A stretch of 64,000 nt of DNA, taken from NCBI GenBank assembly GCA_038322655.1, contig JBBQGD010000001.1, positions 7,871 through 71,870 of the forward strand. Direction: 5' to 3'. Below the pieces are notes generated by a model. The model was not told the DNA's origin. It searched no databases and saw only the letters and a program-made list of their open reading frames with translations. This stretch comes from Bacteroidales bacterium. GTDB taxonomy: Bacteria > Bacteroidota > Bacteroidia > Bacteroidales > UBA4417. Of this stretch, positions 45,511 through 57,000 are shown piece by piece (position 1 is the stretch's first letter; each line of letters opens with the position of its first letter). Both the position numbers and the translations under genes were made by a program.

Positions 45511-48500
45511 ATGAAATCTGCTGCTAAAATTAAAACACCTGTAAGCAATTTGAAAGAGGGTACTCAATTCAGCGACATTTTCGACCAGGAAGACATTCAG
45601 CGTTTACAGGATGCTTTTTCAGATGCTACCGGAGTAGCATCAATCATTACGTTGCCTGATGGAAAACCTATAACCCGACAAAGTAATTTTTGCCGTTTAT
45701 GCGATGAATATTTACGGAAGAATGACCATAGTTTGCCTGAATGTATGAATGCCATTGCCGTATCAGAAGTACAAGACTTTGCAAACGCGGTTATTCGGCA
45801 TTGCAGGTGCGGAGGTATGTATAATTTCAGTGTCAGAATAACAGTAAGCGGGATACATCTGGGTAACTGGATAATCGGACAGGTTCGTAGTGAGGAAACA
45901 GATGAAAAGAAACTGTTACAGTATGCTGACGAGTCAGGTGTTAACAGGCAGGATTTCCTGGAAGCTTTCGGCGAAGTCAGTGTTATGTCAATTGAACAGT
46001 TTAAAAAGGTGGCGAAAATGCTTTCAATATTCGTGCGCGATCTTTCTGAGAAAGCATATAATAACCTTCATTTAAAAATGCGCATAGCTGAGTCGGAAAA
46101 AACTATGCAGCAAATGCAGCAAGCTGCTGAAAATATTTCTGTTACACTCAATTCCATTGGTGATGCTGTAATAACTACTGATCATAAAGGACTGATTAGC
46201 TCTATAAACCCTGTAGCTGAAAACCTTTGTGGCTGGATTGAAACTGAAGCTATCGGTAGACCGCTATCTGAGGTTTTTAAGATTATTAGTGATAAGACCA
46301 GTGAGCCTGTCGAAGATCCTGTAAACCAGGTTTTGCGAAGCGGCAAAATTGTTGGACATACAAATCATACAATTCTGATTTCCCGCAACGGGAAAGAATA
46401 CCAGATATTTGATAGTGCAGCACCTATCAAAAATAGAGATGGAAGCATTCGGGGCGTGGTTTTAGTTTTTTCAGATGTTACTGAAAAGTATATAGCTCAA
46501 AAAAAAGTTGAAGAAAGCGAAACAAAATTCAGGAATGTTTTTGAAAATTCAGTTAATGGGAAATCTATAACCACTTTAGACGGAAAGTTGAAAACTAATA
46601 AAGCTTTCCGCCAGATGTTAGGCTACACCGAAAATGAATTAGCAGATCGGAATTGGAGAGAAATTACCCACCCGGATGATATCAGCCAAAATGAGAAAAT
46701 TACTTCTTTAATACTTACTGGTGAAAAAACTACTGCACGTTGGGTGAAAAGATATATTCATAAAAATGGAAACATAATTTGGGCTGATATTAATACTACA
46801 TTACAACGTGATAAAGATGGAAATCCAGAATATTTTATTACAGCAGTCAACGATATCAGTGAACGTATTCAGATTGAAGAAACTCTGCAGAAGGAACGCT
46901 TGCTGTTTCGCACCATTATCGACAATATTCCGGATTCAATTTATTCGAAGGACTTGTATGGCCGCAAAACTCTGGCTAATACTGCTGAAGTTCATTTATT
47001 AAGAGCACCATCAGAGGCTGAGGTTATAGGTAACGATGATTTTTCATTTTACCCAAAGGAGGTGGCCGAAAGATATAAAGCGGACGATCAGTCAGTGCTG
47101 ACAACAGGTTTGCCTATACTTAACCGTGAAGAATGTATATATGATAATCAAGGTCATAGAAAATGGCTGCTATCCTCAAAAATTCCTTTAAGGGATAAAG
47201 ACAACCGGGTTATCGGTCTGGCAGGTATCGGACGCGATATTACTGAGCGCAAACTGGCAGAGGAAGCTGTGAATGAAAGCGAGGAAAAATACCGCTTGAT
47301 TTTCGATAACTCGCCTTTGGGAATATTATCATTTGATGATAAAGGCGTTATAGTTGCCTGCAATAATAGTTTTGCTGATATTATTGGTACAACTGTTGAA
47401 AAATTGGTGAACCTCAATATGCTTGCCCTCGCCGACAAAAAAATGGTTTCGTGTATAGAACTGGCACTAAAAGGGAACATTGGATTGTATGAGGATGTTT
47501 ACCAGTCAGTTATCTCAAAAAAGAGAGTGCCGGTCAGAGCGTTATTTACACCAATCAAAATTGGTGAAAAGCAATTTCGTGGTGGTGTGGGAATTATTGA
47601 AGATATAACTGAACGAAAGCGTGCTGAAGAGGCTTTACTTGTGAGTAAAGAAAAGTACCGGGCTATTTTTGAAAATATACAGGACGTTTTTTACCAAACC
47701 GATCTTGAAGGAACAGTCCTCGAAATAAGTCCTTCCATAAAGTACTTTGGTGAGTTTGAAAGTGCTGATATAATTGGAAAGAATGTTTCTCAGTTATATT
47801 ATAATCCCGACGAGAGAGAATTTTTTTTATCAGAAATAAAAAAAAGAGGCGATCTCAGAGACTATGAGGCAATATTAAAAACCAAAACGGGCACTAAAAT
47901 ATATGTGTCGGTAAACGCTATTTTAATACCTGATGCCGATGGAAAGCCACATCATATTGATGGAGCGATAAGAGATATTACGACACGAAAAAAAGCTGAA
48001 ATGGCTTTGCAGAAAAGTGGGTCTGTATATCGTAACCTGGTTCAGAGAATGCCCGATGGCGTTTATAAAAGTACTCCTGAAGGTAAATTTGTTGATGTTA
48101 ATCCCGCCATGGTGAGGATGTTGGGCTACTCAAGTAAAGAAGAACTTATGGCCATTGATATTAAGAAAGAATTGTATTTTGATCCAACAGACCGCGAAAG
48201 CCTGGTATTGCAGGAACAACTGGAGGAAATGGGAGTTTACCGCCTGAAAAAGAAAGACGGATCCGAAATCTGGGTCGAAGATCATGGTTGGTACACTAAG
48301 GATGAAAAAGGGAAAATAAATTTCCATGAAGGGATAATGAGGGATATAACCGAGCGCTACCGGGCAGATAAAGCGCTTCGGGAGAGTGAAGACCAAAACC
48401 GGGCCATACTGCAAACTGCTATGGATGGATTTTGGATGGATGATCAAGAAGGGAATCTGCTTCAGGTTAACGAAACTTATTGTCGCATGAGCGGATATAG

Positions 48501-50682
48501 TGAGCAGGAATTGCTTTCAATGAAGATATTCGATTTTGATGCTCTTGAAAATGAGGAGGATTTAAGAGCTCACAATAGTAAAATTATTGAACAGGGCGAA
48601 TCCAGATTCGAAACAAAGCACTTGCGAAAGGATGGAAGCATTTTTGATGTAGAAGTAAGTGTAAAGTACCAGCCTATAAACGGAGGCCGATTTGTAACAT
48701 TTTTACATGATATCACCGAGCGTAAGAAAGCTGAAACAGCATTGCAGAAAAGCGAAAAATTATTTCAAACCCTGGCTGAAGCTTCTCCTGTCGGGATATT
48801 TAAAACAAGACCTGATGGATACACTACCTATGTGAATCCAAAATGGACTGAGTTCTCAGGTTTGTCCTTCGAAAATGCGTTGGGTGATGGTTGGTTAGAT
48901 GCTGTTCACCCTGATGATAAAACTAAAGTGGGTGATGGATGGCAACTGGCGACCAGGAACCTGAAATCATCATATTCCGAATACCGGTTTCTTAGACCTG
49001 ACGGAACAAATGTTTGGATTATCGGGCAGGCCATTCCTGAGATGAACCCGGAAAATGAAATCATAGGTTATATTGGTACTATCAGTGACAACACTGAACG
49101 TAAACTTGCTGAAGAAGCATTAAAGGAAAGTGAACGGTTTTTGAAGGAAACACAGAATATTGCTAATCTGGGCACATATAACCTGGATATTACAACAGGA
49201 AAGTGGACCAGTTCCGAAATTCTAAACAGAATATTTGGCATCGATACTGATTATGACAGATCATATGAAGGATGGACTTCAATAATTCATCCTGAATGGC
49301 AAAAAATAATGACTGATTATTTTAATTTGGAAGTGATAGGACAAAAAGTCAATTTCGATAAAATATATAAAATTATAAGGCATAATGACAAAGAGGGACG
49401 TTGGGTTCATGGAATTGGTAGGTTAAAACTTGATCAGAACAACCATCCACTTACATTGTTGGGTACTATACGTGATATTACGCAACAAAAGCAATCGGAA
49501 CAGGAATTATTGAATGCCAAAGAAAAGGCAGAAGAAAGCGACAAGTTAAAATCAGCTTTCCTTGCAAATATGAGCCACGAAATCCGTACACCCATGAACG
49601 GTATACTTGGTTTTGCCGAGTTGTTGAAAACTCCTGATCTTTCTGGTGCAGAACAAATGGAGTATATCCGCATTATTAAAAAGAGTGGTGAGCGTATGCT
49701 CAATATCATTAATGATATTGTTGATATCTCAAAGATTGAATCCGGACTTATGCAGGTTAATGTTTCGGAAACCAAAGTGAATGAACAAACTGATTTTATT
49801 TATACTTTTTTTAAGCCTGAGGTTGAGATAAAAGGAGTGAGGTTGATCCGCAGCAATGGGCTGCCCGATGACAGGGCTATCATTGCAACTGACAAAGAAA
49901 AAATATATGCCATACTCACCAATCTGGTAAAGAATGCCATAAAATTTACAAGTAAAGGCTCCATTGAATTCGGGTATGTTAAAAAGGGAGAATTTCTTGA
50001 GTTTTATGTTAAAGACACAGGTCATGGCATTCCGGCTGACCGGCAGAAAGCCATATTTGACAGGTTTATACAAGCCGATATAGCCGATAAGCTTGCTTTC
50101 CAGGGTGCAGGGCTGGGTTTATCCATTTCTAAAGCTTATGTCGAAATGCTGGGGGGTAAAATATGGGTTGAAAGTAAAGAGGACAAAGGCTCTGCATTTT
50201 ATTTTACTATTCCCTTTACTACTGAATCAGAACAGAATTCCTCAATTGATACTGATATGTTAAAAAAAGAAGACAAGCAGATTAAGAAGCTCAAGATTTT
50301 AATTGTTGAAGACGATGAAACATCCGAAATGCTCATTTCGATAGCAGTCAGAATGGCAGGCCGTGAAATTCTGAACGTAAAATCAGGAATTGAAGCTATT
50401 AAAACCTGCCGCAATAACCCCGACATTGATTTAATTCTTATGGATGTAAAAATGCCTGAAATGGACGGTTACGAAGCAACAAGACAAATTCGTCAATTCA
50501 ACAAAGACGTTTACATTATTGCGCAAACCGCTTTTGGGTTAGTTGAGGAAAGACAAAAGGCATTAGATGCCGGTTGTAATGATTACATCTCCAAACCCCT
50601 TGATATAGCCCTTCTCAGGATGTTGATCCTGGAGCAATTTGACCCTGAAAACCAGAGCAGAAACTCCACTGGATTAAAATAA
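45511..50682 (+). CDS. PocR-domain, about 9 PAS, HisKA-HATPase-REC hybrid histidine kinase (1723 aa)
   Basis: The N-terminal PocR-like sensory domain shows LQDAFSDATGVASIITLPDGKPI...FCRLC...C...HCRCGGMYNFSVRITVSGIHLGNWIIGQV. By eye, nine PAS caps are followed by DIT/DIS-ERK linkers. H-box is AFLANMSHEIRTPMNG and G2 is GAGLGL. REC shows ILIVEDDE...LILMDVKMPEMDG...ISKP. Confidence 0.9.
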   Translation: MKSAAKIKTPVSNLKEGTQFSDIFDQEDIQRLQDAFSDATGVASIITLPDGKPITRQSNFCRLCDEYLRKNDHSLPECMNAIAVSEVQDFANAVIRHCRCGGMYNFSVRITVSGIHLGNWIIGQVRSEETDEKKLLQYADESGVNRQDFLEAFGEVSVMSIEQFKKVAKMLSIFVRDLSEKAYNNLHLKMRIAESEKTMQQMQQAAENISVTLNSIGDAVITTDHKGLISSINPVAENLCGWIETEAIGRPLSEVFKIISDKTSEPVEDPVNQVLRSGKIVGHTNHTILISRNGKEYQIFDSAAPIKNRDGSIRGVVLVFSDVTEKYIAQKKVEESETKFRNVFENSVNGKSITTLDGKLKTNKAFRQMLGYTENELADRNWREITHPDDISQNEKITSLILTGEKTTARWVKRYIHKNGNIIWADINTTLQRDKDGNPEYFITAVNDISERIQIEETLQKERLLFRTIIDNIPDSIYSKDLYGRKTLANTAEVHLLRAPSEAEVIGNDDFSFYPKEVAERYKADDQSVLTTGLPILNREECIYDNQGHRKWLLSSKIPLRDKDNRVIGLAGIGRDITERKLAEEAVNESEEKYRLIFDNSPLGILSFDDKGVIVACNNSFADIIGTTVEKLVNLNMLALADKKMVSCIELALKGNIGLYEDVYQSVISKKRVPVRALFTPIKIGEKQFRGGVGIIEDITERKRAEEALLVSKEKYRAIFENIQDVFYQTDLEGTVLEISPSIKYFGEFESADIIGKNVSQLYYNPDEREFFLSEIKKRGDLRDYEAILKTKTGTKIYVSVNAILIPDADGKPHHIDGAIRDITTRKKAEMALQKSGSVYRNLVQRMPDGVYKSTPEGKFVDVNPAMVRMLGYSSKEELMAIDIKKELYFDPTDRESLVLQEQLEEMGVYRLKKKDGSEIWVEDHGWYTKDEKGKINFHEGIMRDITERYRADKALRESEDQNRAILQTAMDGFWMDDQEGNLLQVNETYCRMSGYSEQELLSMKIFDFDALENEEDLRAHNSKIIEQGESRFETKHLRKDGSIFDVEVSVKYQPINGGRFVTFLHDITERKKAETALQKSEKLFQTLAEASPVGIFKTRPDGYTTYVNPKWTEFSGLSFENALGDGWLDAVHPDDKTKVGDGWQLATRNLKSSYSEYRFLRPDGTNVWIIGQAIPEMNPENEIIGYIGTISDNTERKLAEEALKESERFLKETQNIANLGTYNLDITTGKWTSSEILNRIFGIDTDYDRSYEGWTSIIHPEWQKIMTDYFNLEVIGQKVNFDKIYKIIRHNDKEGRWVHGIGRLKLDQNNHPLTLLGTIRDITQQKQSEQELLNAKEKAEESDKLKSAFLANMSHEIRTPMNGILGFAELLKTPDLSGAEQMEYIRIIKKSGERMLNIINDIVDISKIESGLMQVNVSETKVNEQTDFIYTFFKPEVEIKGVRLIRSNGLPDDRAIIATDKEKIYAILTNLVKNAIKFTSKGSIEFGYVKKGEFLEFYVKDTGHGIPADRQKAIFDRFIQADIADKLAFQGAGLGLSISKAYVEMLGGKIWVESKEDKGSAFYFTIPFTTESEQNSSIDTDMLKKEDKQIKKLKILIVEDDETSEMLISIAVRMAGREILNVKSGIEAIKTCRNNPDIDLILMDVKMPEMDGYEATRQIRQFNKDVYIIAQTAFGLVEERQKALDAGCNDYISKPLDIALLRMLILEQFDPENQSRNSTGLK

Positions 50683-50751
50683 CCCAGGTTTTTCTTTTTT
50701 CTCATATTGTAAATATGGAGAAATGAGATAATATAACCCAATATTCCTCTT

Positions 50752-53700
50752 ATGCAAAAAATGAGAAAAGCTATTCGATTTATTTTCGCTGATGATGAGG
50801 ATTTCTCACTTGAGAACCGCCTTTTTTTATCTTCAGTTATAGTCGGGATACTTACGAGTTTTACAGGATCAATATTTAATTTTATACTGGTTACTTCCCT
50901 CACTGCTGTGATTATTCCTTTGTTGCTGACGGTATTGCTGTTAGTCATTTATTATTTTGCAAGGTTTAAAAAAATAATTGAACCTATAATGATTCCTATT
51001 ATACCCCTTGCGTTCGTTGCAATTTCAACAATATGGGTTTTTAACGGCGGAATAAACGGTTCAAATATTATGCCTGCTTTTGTGATTTTAATTCTTGGAT
51101 TAATAGTATATCCTGATAAACTCAAGAAATATGTCATTCTGCTCTTTATAACGCTTTTTGGATTTGTGTACATTCTCCAGTTATACCGGCCTGACTTAAT
51201 AGTGAACTTCACTTCGCAAACAGAACGTTGGATTGATTCACTATTTACCCTGATGTATACCTCATATTTTATTTTTTTAATTATAAAATATGTTCACAAA
51301 CAATACACTGCCGAAAGGTTTAAATCCGAAGAAAGCGAAAGGAAATACCGTGAATTATTCGAAAATTCACCTGATGCCATTGCTATTTATATGGATGGGA
51401 AACTTCAGGTTGTAAATAAGGAAAGCATGCGATTAATGGCAGCATCGAGTGCAGACGAATTAATAGGTAAACCGGTAATGCAGTTTGTACATCCGGATTT
51501 TCGCGCTATGGTCGGTATGCAAATGAAAAAAGCAGTAGACAAAAAAACGATTTTACAAGCCGTCGAAGAAAAATTTATACGACTTGACGGTTCAATCGTT
51601 GATGTCGAAGTGAAAGCCATGCCAATCACCCTTGATACTAAACCGGCAGTGCAATTAATAATCCGCGATATTACTGAGCGTAAACTAATTGAAAATGCAG
51701 TAAGAGAAAGCGAGGAGAAATACCGTATTTTATTCAGGGATTCGCCGGATGCTTATCTGATAATTTCAGATGGAATTTTTGTTGACTGTAATAAAGCAAC
51801 AGAGATATTGATGCGGGCCGACAGAACACAAATTATTGGAAAGTCACCTAATGCACTATCTCCTGAATTTCAACCTGATGGAAAAACTTCAGCGCAAAAA
51901 GTGAAAGAAAAGATAAGTGAGGCCTTTCTGTCGGGTAAAATCTCTTTTGAATGGTTGCATAGCCGGCCCGATGGTTCAGATCTATTTGTTGAAGTATCTA
52001 TTGCAGCTATAATGCAGGACGGCATGCAAGTTTTGTTTACCACATGGCGTGATATAAGTGAACGAAAAACAATAGAAAAAGAATTATTTAAACTCCGGAA
52101 TGCAATTAACAGATCCGGAGAAATTGTTTTTATGACGGATAAAAAAGGGGTTTTTACATTTGTTAATCCCGGATTTACTACTGTTTATGGGTATACAGCA
52201 AGCGAAGTTATTGGGAAGCAAACGCCGCGTATTCTTAACAGCATTATTAAGAATAGTGATGTGAATAAAATATTCTGGAATACCTTGTTGCAAGGTCAGG
52301 ATGTTAAAGGGGAAAGTAAGAATAAAAACAAAGATGGTTCTATTATTGAAATTGAGGGATCAGCAAATGCAATTTTTGATGAAAATAAGAATCTTATTGG
52401 TTTTCTGGGAATTCAACGCGACATTACCGAACGTAAACATGCACAAGATGACTTGATAAAAAGTGAGAACTTTTTAAAAGAAGCCCAGATTATCGCCAGC
52501 CTTGGAATTTATACCTTAGATTTAGCCTCCGGTTATTGGGAAAGTTCCGAAATTCTTGATACTATTTTTGGAATTAATGCTGATTATGATAAATCAGTTG
52601 AAGGATGGACTTCGGTTATACATCCTGATTGGCAAAAAATAATGAGCGAATATTTTAGCCAGGAAGTAATTGGCAGAAAAGCCGATTTTGATAAAGAATA
52701 TAAAATCATCCGGCAAAATGATGGTGAAGAGCGTTGGGTTCATGGAATCGGAAGACTCAAATTTGATGAAAACCAGAATCCGGTTTCCATGGTGGGTACC
52801 ATTCACGATATTACCGATCGAAAAAATACAGAACAAGAGCTAACTAAAGCCAAGGAACATGCCGAGGAAAGTGACCGCCTTAAATCTGCTTTCCTGGCCA
52901 ATATGAGTCACGAAATCCGTACCCCGATGAATGGCATTCTCGGATTTGCAGAACTTCTAAAAATGCCTGGCCTTACCGGTGAGAAACAACATGAATATAT
53001 TGGCATTATCAAAAAAAGCGGCGAGCGCATGTTGAACATTATCAACGATATTATTGATATTTCTAAGATTGAATCCGGCCAGATGCAGGTTTTAATTTCG
53101 GAGGCTAATATAAACGAGCAGATTGATTACCTGTATGCTTTTTTTAAGCCTGAGGCAGAAAATAAAAACATTCAGCTGAGTTGCCGGTGTGGCTTGCCTA
53201 CTGACGAGAGCATTATTAAAACAGACAAGGAAAAAGTATTTGCCATACTTACAAACCTGGTGAAAAATGCCATTAAATACACAGATTCAGGTACAATTGA
53301 ATTTGGATATGGTTTAAAAACAGAAGTGCTGGCATCCGGTGATGAAGTATTGCCAAACGTACTCCAGTTCTATGTGAAAGATACCGGTATAGGCATTCCG
53401 GGCGACAGGCAACAAGCTATCTTCGACCGTTTTATCCAGGCTGATATTGCCGATACACGTGCTTTCCAGGGCGCTGGCCTGGGATTGTCAATATCTAAAG
53501 CATATATTGAAATGCTTGGGGGTGGAATTTGGGTTGAAAGCGAAGAGGGCAAAGGATCAACCTTTTATTTTACTATTCCTTACAATCATGTTCTAAAAGT
53601 AAAACCTGTTGAGGCTGCTATTTCTTCACAGCAAGAAACTGTGGATAAGACAAAAAAAATAAAAGTACTGGTTGTTGAAGATGATAAAACTTCTGTGATG

Positions 53701-54015
53701 CTGCTTTTGCTGCTTTTAAAAGAATTCAGCAGGGAAACACTGGTAGTATCAACAGGTACCGATGCTATTGAGGACTGTCGCCTCTACCCGGATATTGACC
53801 TTGTGATGATGGATATTAAAATGCCGGTAATGGACGGGTACGAGGCTGCCAGGCAAATACGTCAATTCAACAAGGATATTGTTATCATAGCACAAACGGC
53901 TTATGGACTGAGCGGTGATGAAGATAAGGCTATTGCTGCGGGTTGCAACGATTATATAACAAAGCCGTTGGACATCATCACTTTTAAGGGATTAATACAG
54001 AAATATTTTAAATAA
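50752..54015 (+). CDS. Polytopic-membrane (about 6 TM), 4 PAS, HisKA-HATPase-REC hybrid histidine kinase
   Basis: 1087 aa. The N-terminal 190 aa contain about six hydrophobic helices. Four PAS repeats follow. The H-box, CA and REC are near-identical to both neighbours. It starts 69 nt after the upstream kinase. Confidence 0.9.
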   Translation: MQKMRKAIRFIFADDEDFSLENRLFLSSVIVGILTSFTGSIFNFILVTSLTAVIIPLLLTVLLLVIYYFARFKKIIEPIMIPIIPLAFVAISTIWVFNGGINGSNIMPAFVILILGLIVYPDKLKKYVILLFITLFGFVYILQLYRPDLIVNFTSQTERWIDSLFTLMYTSYFIFLIIKYVHKQYTAERFKSEESERKYRELFENSPDAIAIYMDGKLQVVNKESMRLMAASSADELIGKPVMQFVHPDFRAMVGMQMKKAVDKKTILQAVEEKFIRLDGSIVDVEVKAMPITLDTKPAVQLIIRDITERKLIENAVRESEEKYRILFRDSPDAYLIISDGIFVDCNKATEILMRADRTQIIGKSPNALSPEFQPDGKTSAQKVKEKISEAFLSGKISFEWLHSRPDGSDLFVEVSIAAIMQDGMQVLFTTWRDISERKTIEKELFKLRNAINRSGEIVFMTDKKGVFTFVNPGFTTVYGYTASEVIGKQTPRILNSIIKNSDVNKIFWNTLLQGQDVKGESKNKNKDGSIIEIEGSANAIFDENKNLIGFLGIQRDITERKHAQDDLIKSENFLKEAQIIASLGIYTLDLASGYWESSEILDTIFGINADYDKSVEGWTSVIHPDWQKIMSEYFSQEVIGRKADFDKEYKIIRQNDGEERWVHGIGRLKFDENQNPVSMVGTIHDITDRKNTEQELTKAKEHAEESDRLKSAFLANMSHEIRTPMNGILGFAELLKMPGLTGEKQHEYIGIIKKSGERMLNIINDIIDISKIESGQMQVLISEANINEQIDYLYAFFKPEAENKNIQLSCRCGLPTDESIIKTDKEKVFAILTNLVKNAIKYTDSGTIEFGYGLKTEVLASGDEVLPNVLQFYVKDTGIGIPGDRQQAIFDRFIQADIADTRAFQGAGLGLSISKAYIEMLGGGIWVESEEGKGSTFYFTIPYNHVLKVKPVEAAISSQQETVDKTKKIKVLVVEDDKTSVMLLLLLLKEFSRETLVVSTGTDAIEDCRLYPDIDLVMMDIKMPVMDGYEAARQIRQFNKDIVIIAQTAYGLSGDEDKAIAAGCNDYITKPLDIITFKGLIQKYFK

Positions 54016-54024
54016 TAGCTTGAA

Positions 54025-57000
54025 ATGGCGGACTACGAAAACAAAACTAAAGCAGAACTCATAAAGGAGTTAGAGGAAATTCAAAAGGAATATAAAACAT
54101 TAAATGCTTCACATAAAATACATAACTTACATTCGATCAAGCAAGTTGAAGGAACTTTAAAAGAGGGTGAAGCATGTTTTAACAAATTTCTCGGAAATAA
54201 TTATGCGATAATTCTTTTTGTCAACCCTGCTAACAACCGGATCGTTTTTGCAAATGATTCAGCAATTCAATTTTATGGTTGGGAAAAGGAAGAATTGTTG
54301 CAAATGACTATTGATCAGATCAACACTTTAACTCCGGATGAAATAAGACTCAAAATAGCAGAAGCCATAAAGAAAAAACAGAATTATTTTGTTTTCAGAC
54401 ATCAGGTTGCCGATGGAAGTATTCGCGATGTGGAAGTTTTCCAAAATAAACTCGAGGTGAATAACGAAATCATTTTTTCACTCATAGTTCATGATATTAC
54501 TGCTCGCGTACTGGCCGAAGAAGAAATCACAAACAAGGAATTGCAATTAAAGCAGATTATTGATTCTGCAGGTGATGCCATGTTTCTGGCTGATTTTGAA
54601 ACTCAGCGGATAATCATGGTAAACAGGTTGGCTTGCGAAAGCCTGGGATATTCAAATGAAGAATTATTAAATAAAAAGATTATTGAAATAAGTTCAAATT
54701 ATAAAACCGAAGTTGAAATTGCAGCAATATGGCATAAAATGAAAATCGGGAAACCAATAACCATTAAAAGTATTCATAAACGCAAAGATGGAAGTGCTTT
54801 CCCTGTTGAAGTGCGGAGTAGTTTCCTTATTCAAAATGGCAAAAAGACCATTCTTGGGTTTGCCCGCGATATTTCAGATCGTTTAAGAAATGAACAATTA
54901 CTGAAAGCCAATGAATTCAAATTCAGGACATTTGCTGATTTTACTATTGATTGGGAGTATTGGGAGAATGAAAATAACAGTATCAGCTATATGTCACCTT
55001 CCTGCCTGAAAATGACGGGTTACACGCAGGATGAATTTATTTCTGATCCTTCCCTGTTAGAAAAAATTATCCATCCTGATGATCGGAATTTTTCAACTGT
55101 ACATCATTTTATGACATGTAAATTTGAAAACAGGGATATGATTAATACTATGGAATTCCGGATTATCAGGAAGGATGGTTCTGTTATAAACATTTTTCAC
55201 ATCTGCAGACCGATTTTTGATGATGATCAGAAATTTGTCGGTCGTCGTATAACAAACAGAGATATAACAGAAAGAAAGGTTAAAGATAAGGCATTGCGTG
55301 AAAGTGAGGCTCTTTACCGCAATCTGGTCGAAGTTCTGCCTGATGGCATTTACAAAAGTACGCACAATGGTGTTTTTGTTGATGTTAATCCGGCAATGGT
55401 TAACATGCTGGGGTATGATAGCAAAGACGAATTAATGGCAATTGATATAAAATCCCAATTATATTTTGAGGTTGAAGATCGTGAAGACGTTGAATTAAAA
55501 GAAAACATTTTGGAAATAGGGACCCATCGGATGAAGAAAAAAGATGGTTCCGAAATCTGGGTCGAAGACCGTGGATGGTTAACCTCGGACAAAACCACAA
55601 ACATAATTTATCATGAAGGTATTATGCGCGATGTTACTGATCGCAGAAAAGCTGAGGAACAACTTACCAAGCTCTCGACTGCTATTGAACAAAGCCCCGT
55701 TTCTGTGGTAATTACTGATACCAATGGGAATATTGAATATGGCAATCCAAAAGTTGCTGAAGTGACAGGTTACAAACTTGAAGAAATAATTGGTAAAAAT
55801 ACCCGGATATTCAATTCAGGGGAAAAACCAAAAGCTGAATATCAAAATCTCTGGGCTACAATATCTTCAGTCAAAGTATGGTCGGGCGAATTTCATAACC
55901 GCAAAAAAAATGGCGAATTATACTGGGAGCAGGCATCCATATCTCCTATTCTCAATGAAGAAGGTGGAATTACCCATTATCTGGCTGTAAAAGAAGATAT
56001 AACCGAAAGAAAAAGAGCTGAACAAATACAACAAACCATATATACAATTTCAAATGCAGCGCTGACATCCATTGAATTAGATGAATTAATTAAAATCATC
56101 AGCATTCAACTTGGCAAACTGCTCGATACATCCAATTTTTATATCGCCTTCTACAACGAAGATAGCGGCATGCTTTCCACCAAGTTCGAGAATGATGAAA
56201 AAGACCTCATTGATTCATGGTCAGCTGAAAAGTCAGTAACGGGTTATGTTATCAGGAATCAGAAATCGCTGCTTGCATTTGATACGGATATAACAAAACT
56301 ACTCGAAGCCGGTGAAATAGACATGATAGGCACTCCTTCAAAAGTCTGGTTGGGGGTCCCGCTATTTATTGATAAAAAAGTAATTGGTGCTGTTGTAGTC
56401 CAGGATTATGAGAACAGGGATGCATACAATGAACAGGATAAAATGATGCTTGAATTTATTGCTGACCAGATTAGTATGGCTATTCATCGAAAAAAAGCAG
56501 AGGAAGATTTAATTTCTGCACTTGAAAAAGCTGAAGAAGCAGATCGTTTAAAGTCCGCTTTCCTTGCCAATATGAGCCACGAAATCCGGACCCCCATGAA
56601 TGGGATCCTTGGTTTTGCTGAGTTGCTCAAAATGCCTGGTCTTACTGGAAACCAGCAGCAAGAGTATATTGATATTATAAAAAAAAGTGGCGAACGTATG
56701 CTTAATATCATAAATGATATTATTGATATTTCGAAAATAGAGTCAGGATTGGTTGAGATTCTGAATAAAGAATCGAATATAAATGAGCAAATTCAATTTA
56801 TTTATAATTTTTTTGAACTTCAGGCTAAAAGTAAAGGAATCAAGTTGAATTTTACTAACAAATTTGCAGCACACGAAGTCATTATTTTTACCGACCAGGA
56901 AAAACTTTATGCCATACTTACAAACCTGGTTAAAAATGCCATTAAATATACTGACCGAGGTTCGATAGAATTAGGATTTGAAATTATAACTCTGAAGCCT

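Noticed and set aside
45363-45548. 61-aa minus-strand ORF in the divergent region overlapping the PocR kinase start
   Set aside because: It has no motifs, overlaps a strongly supported start codon region, and has AT-driven composition.
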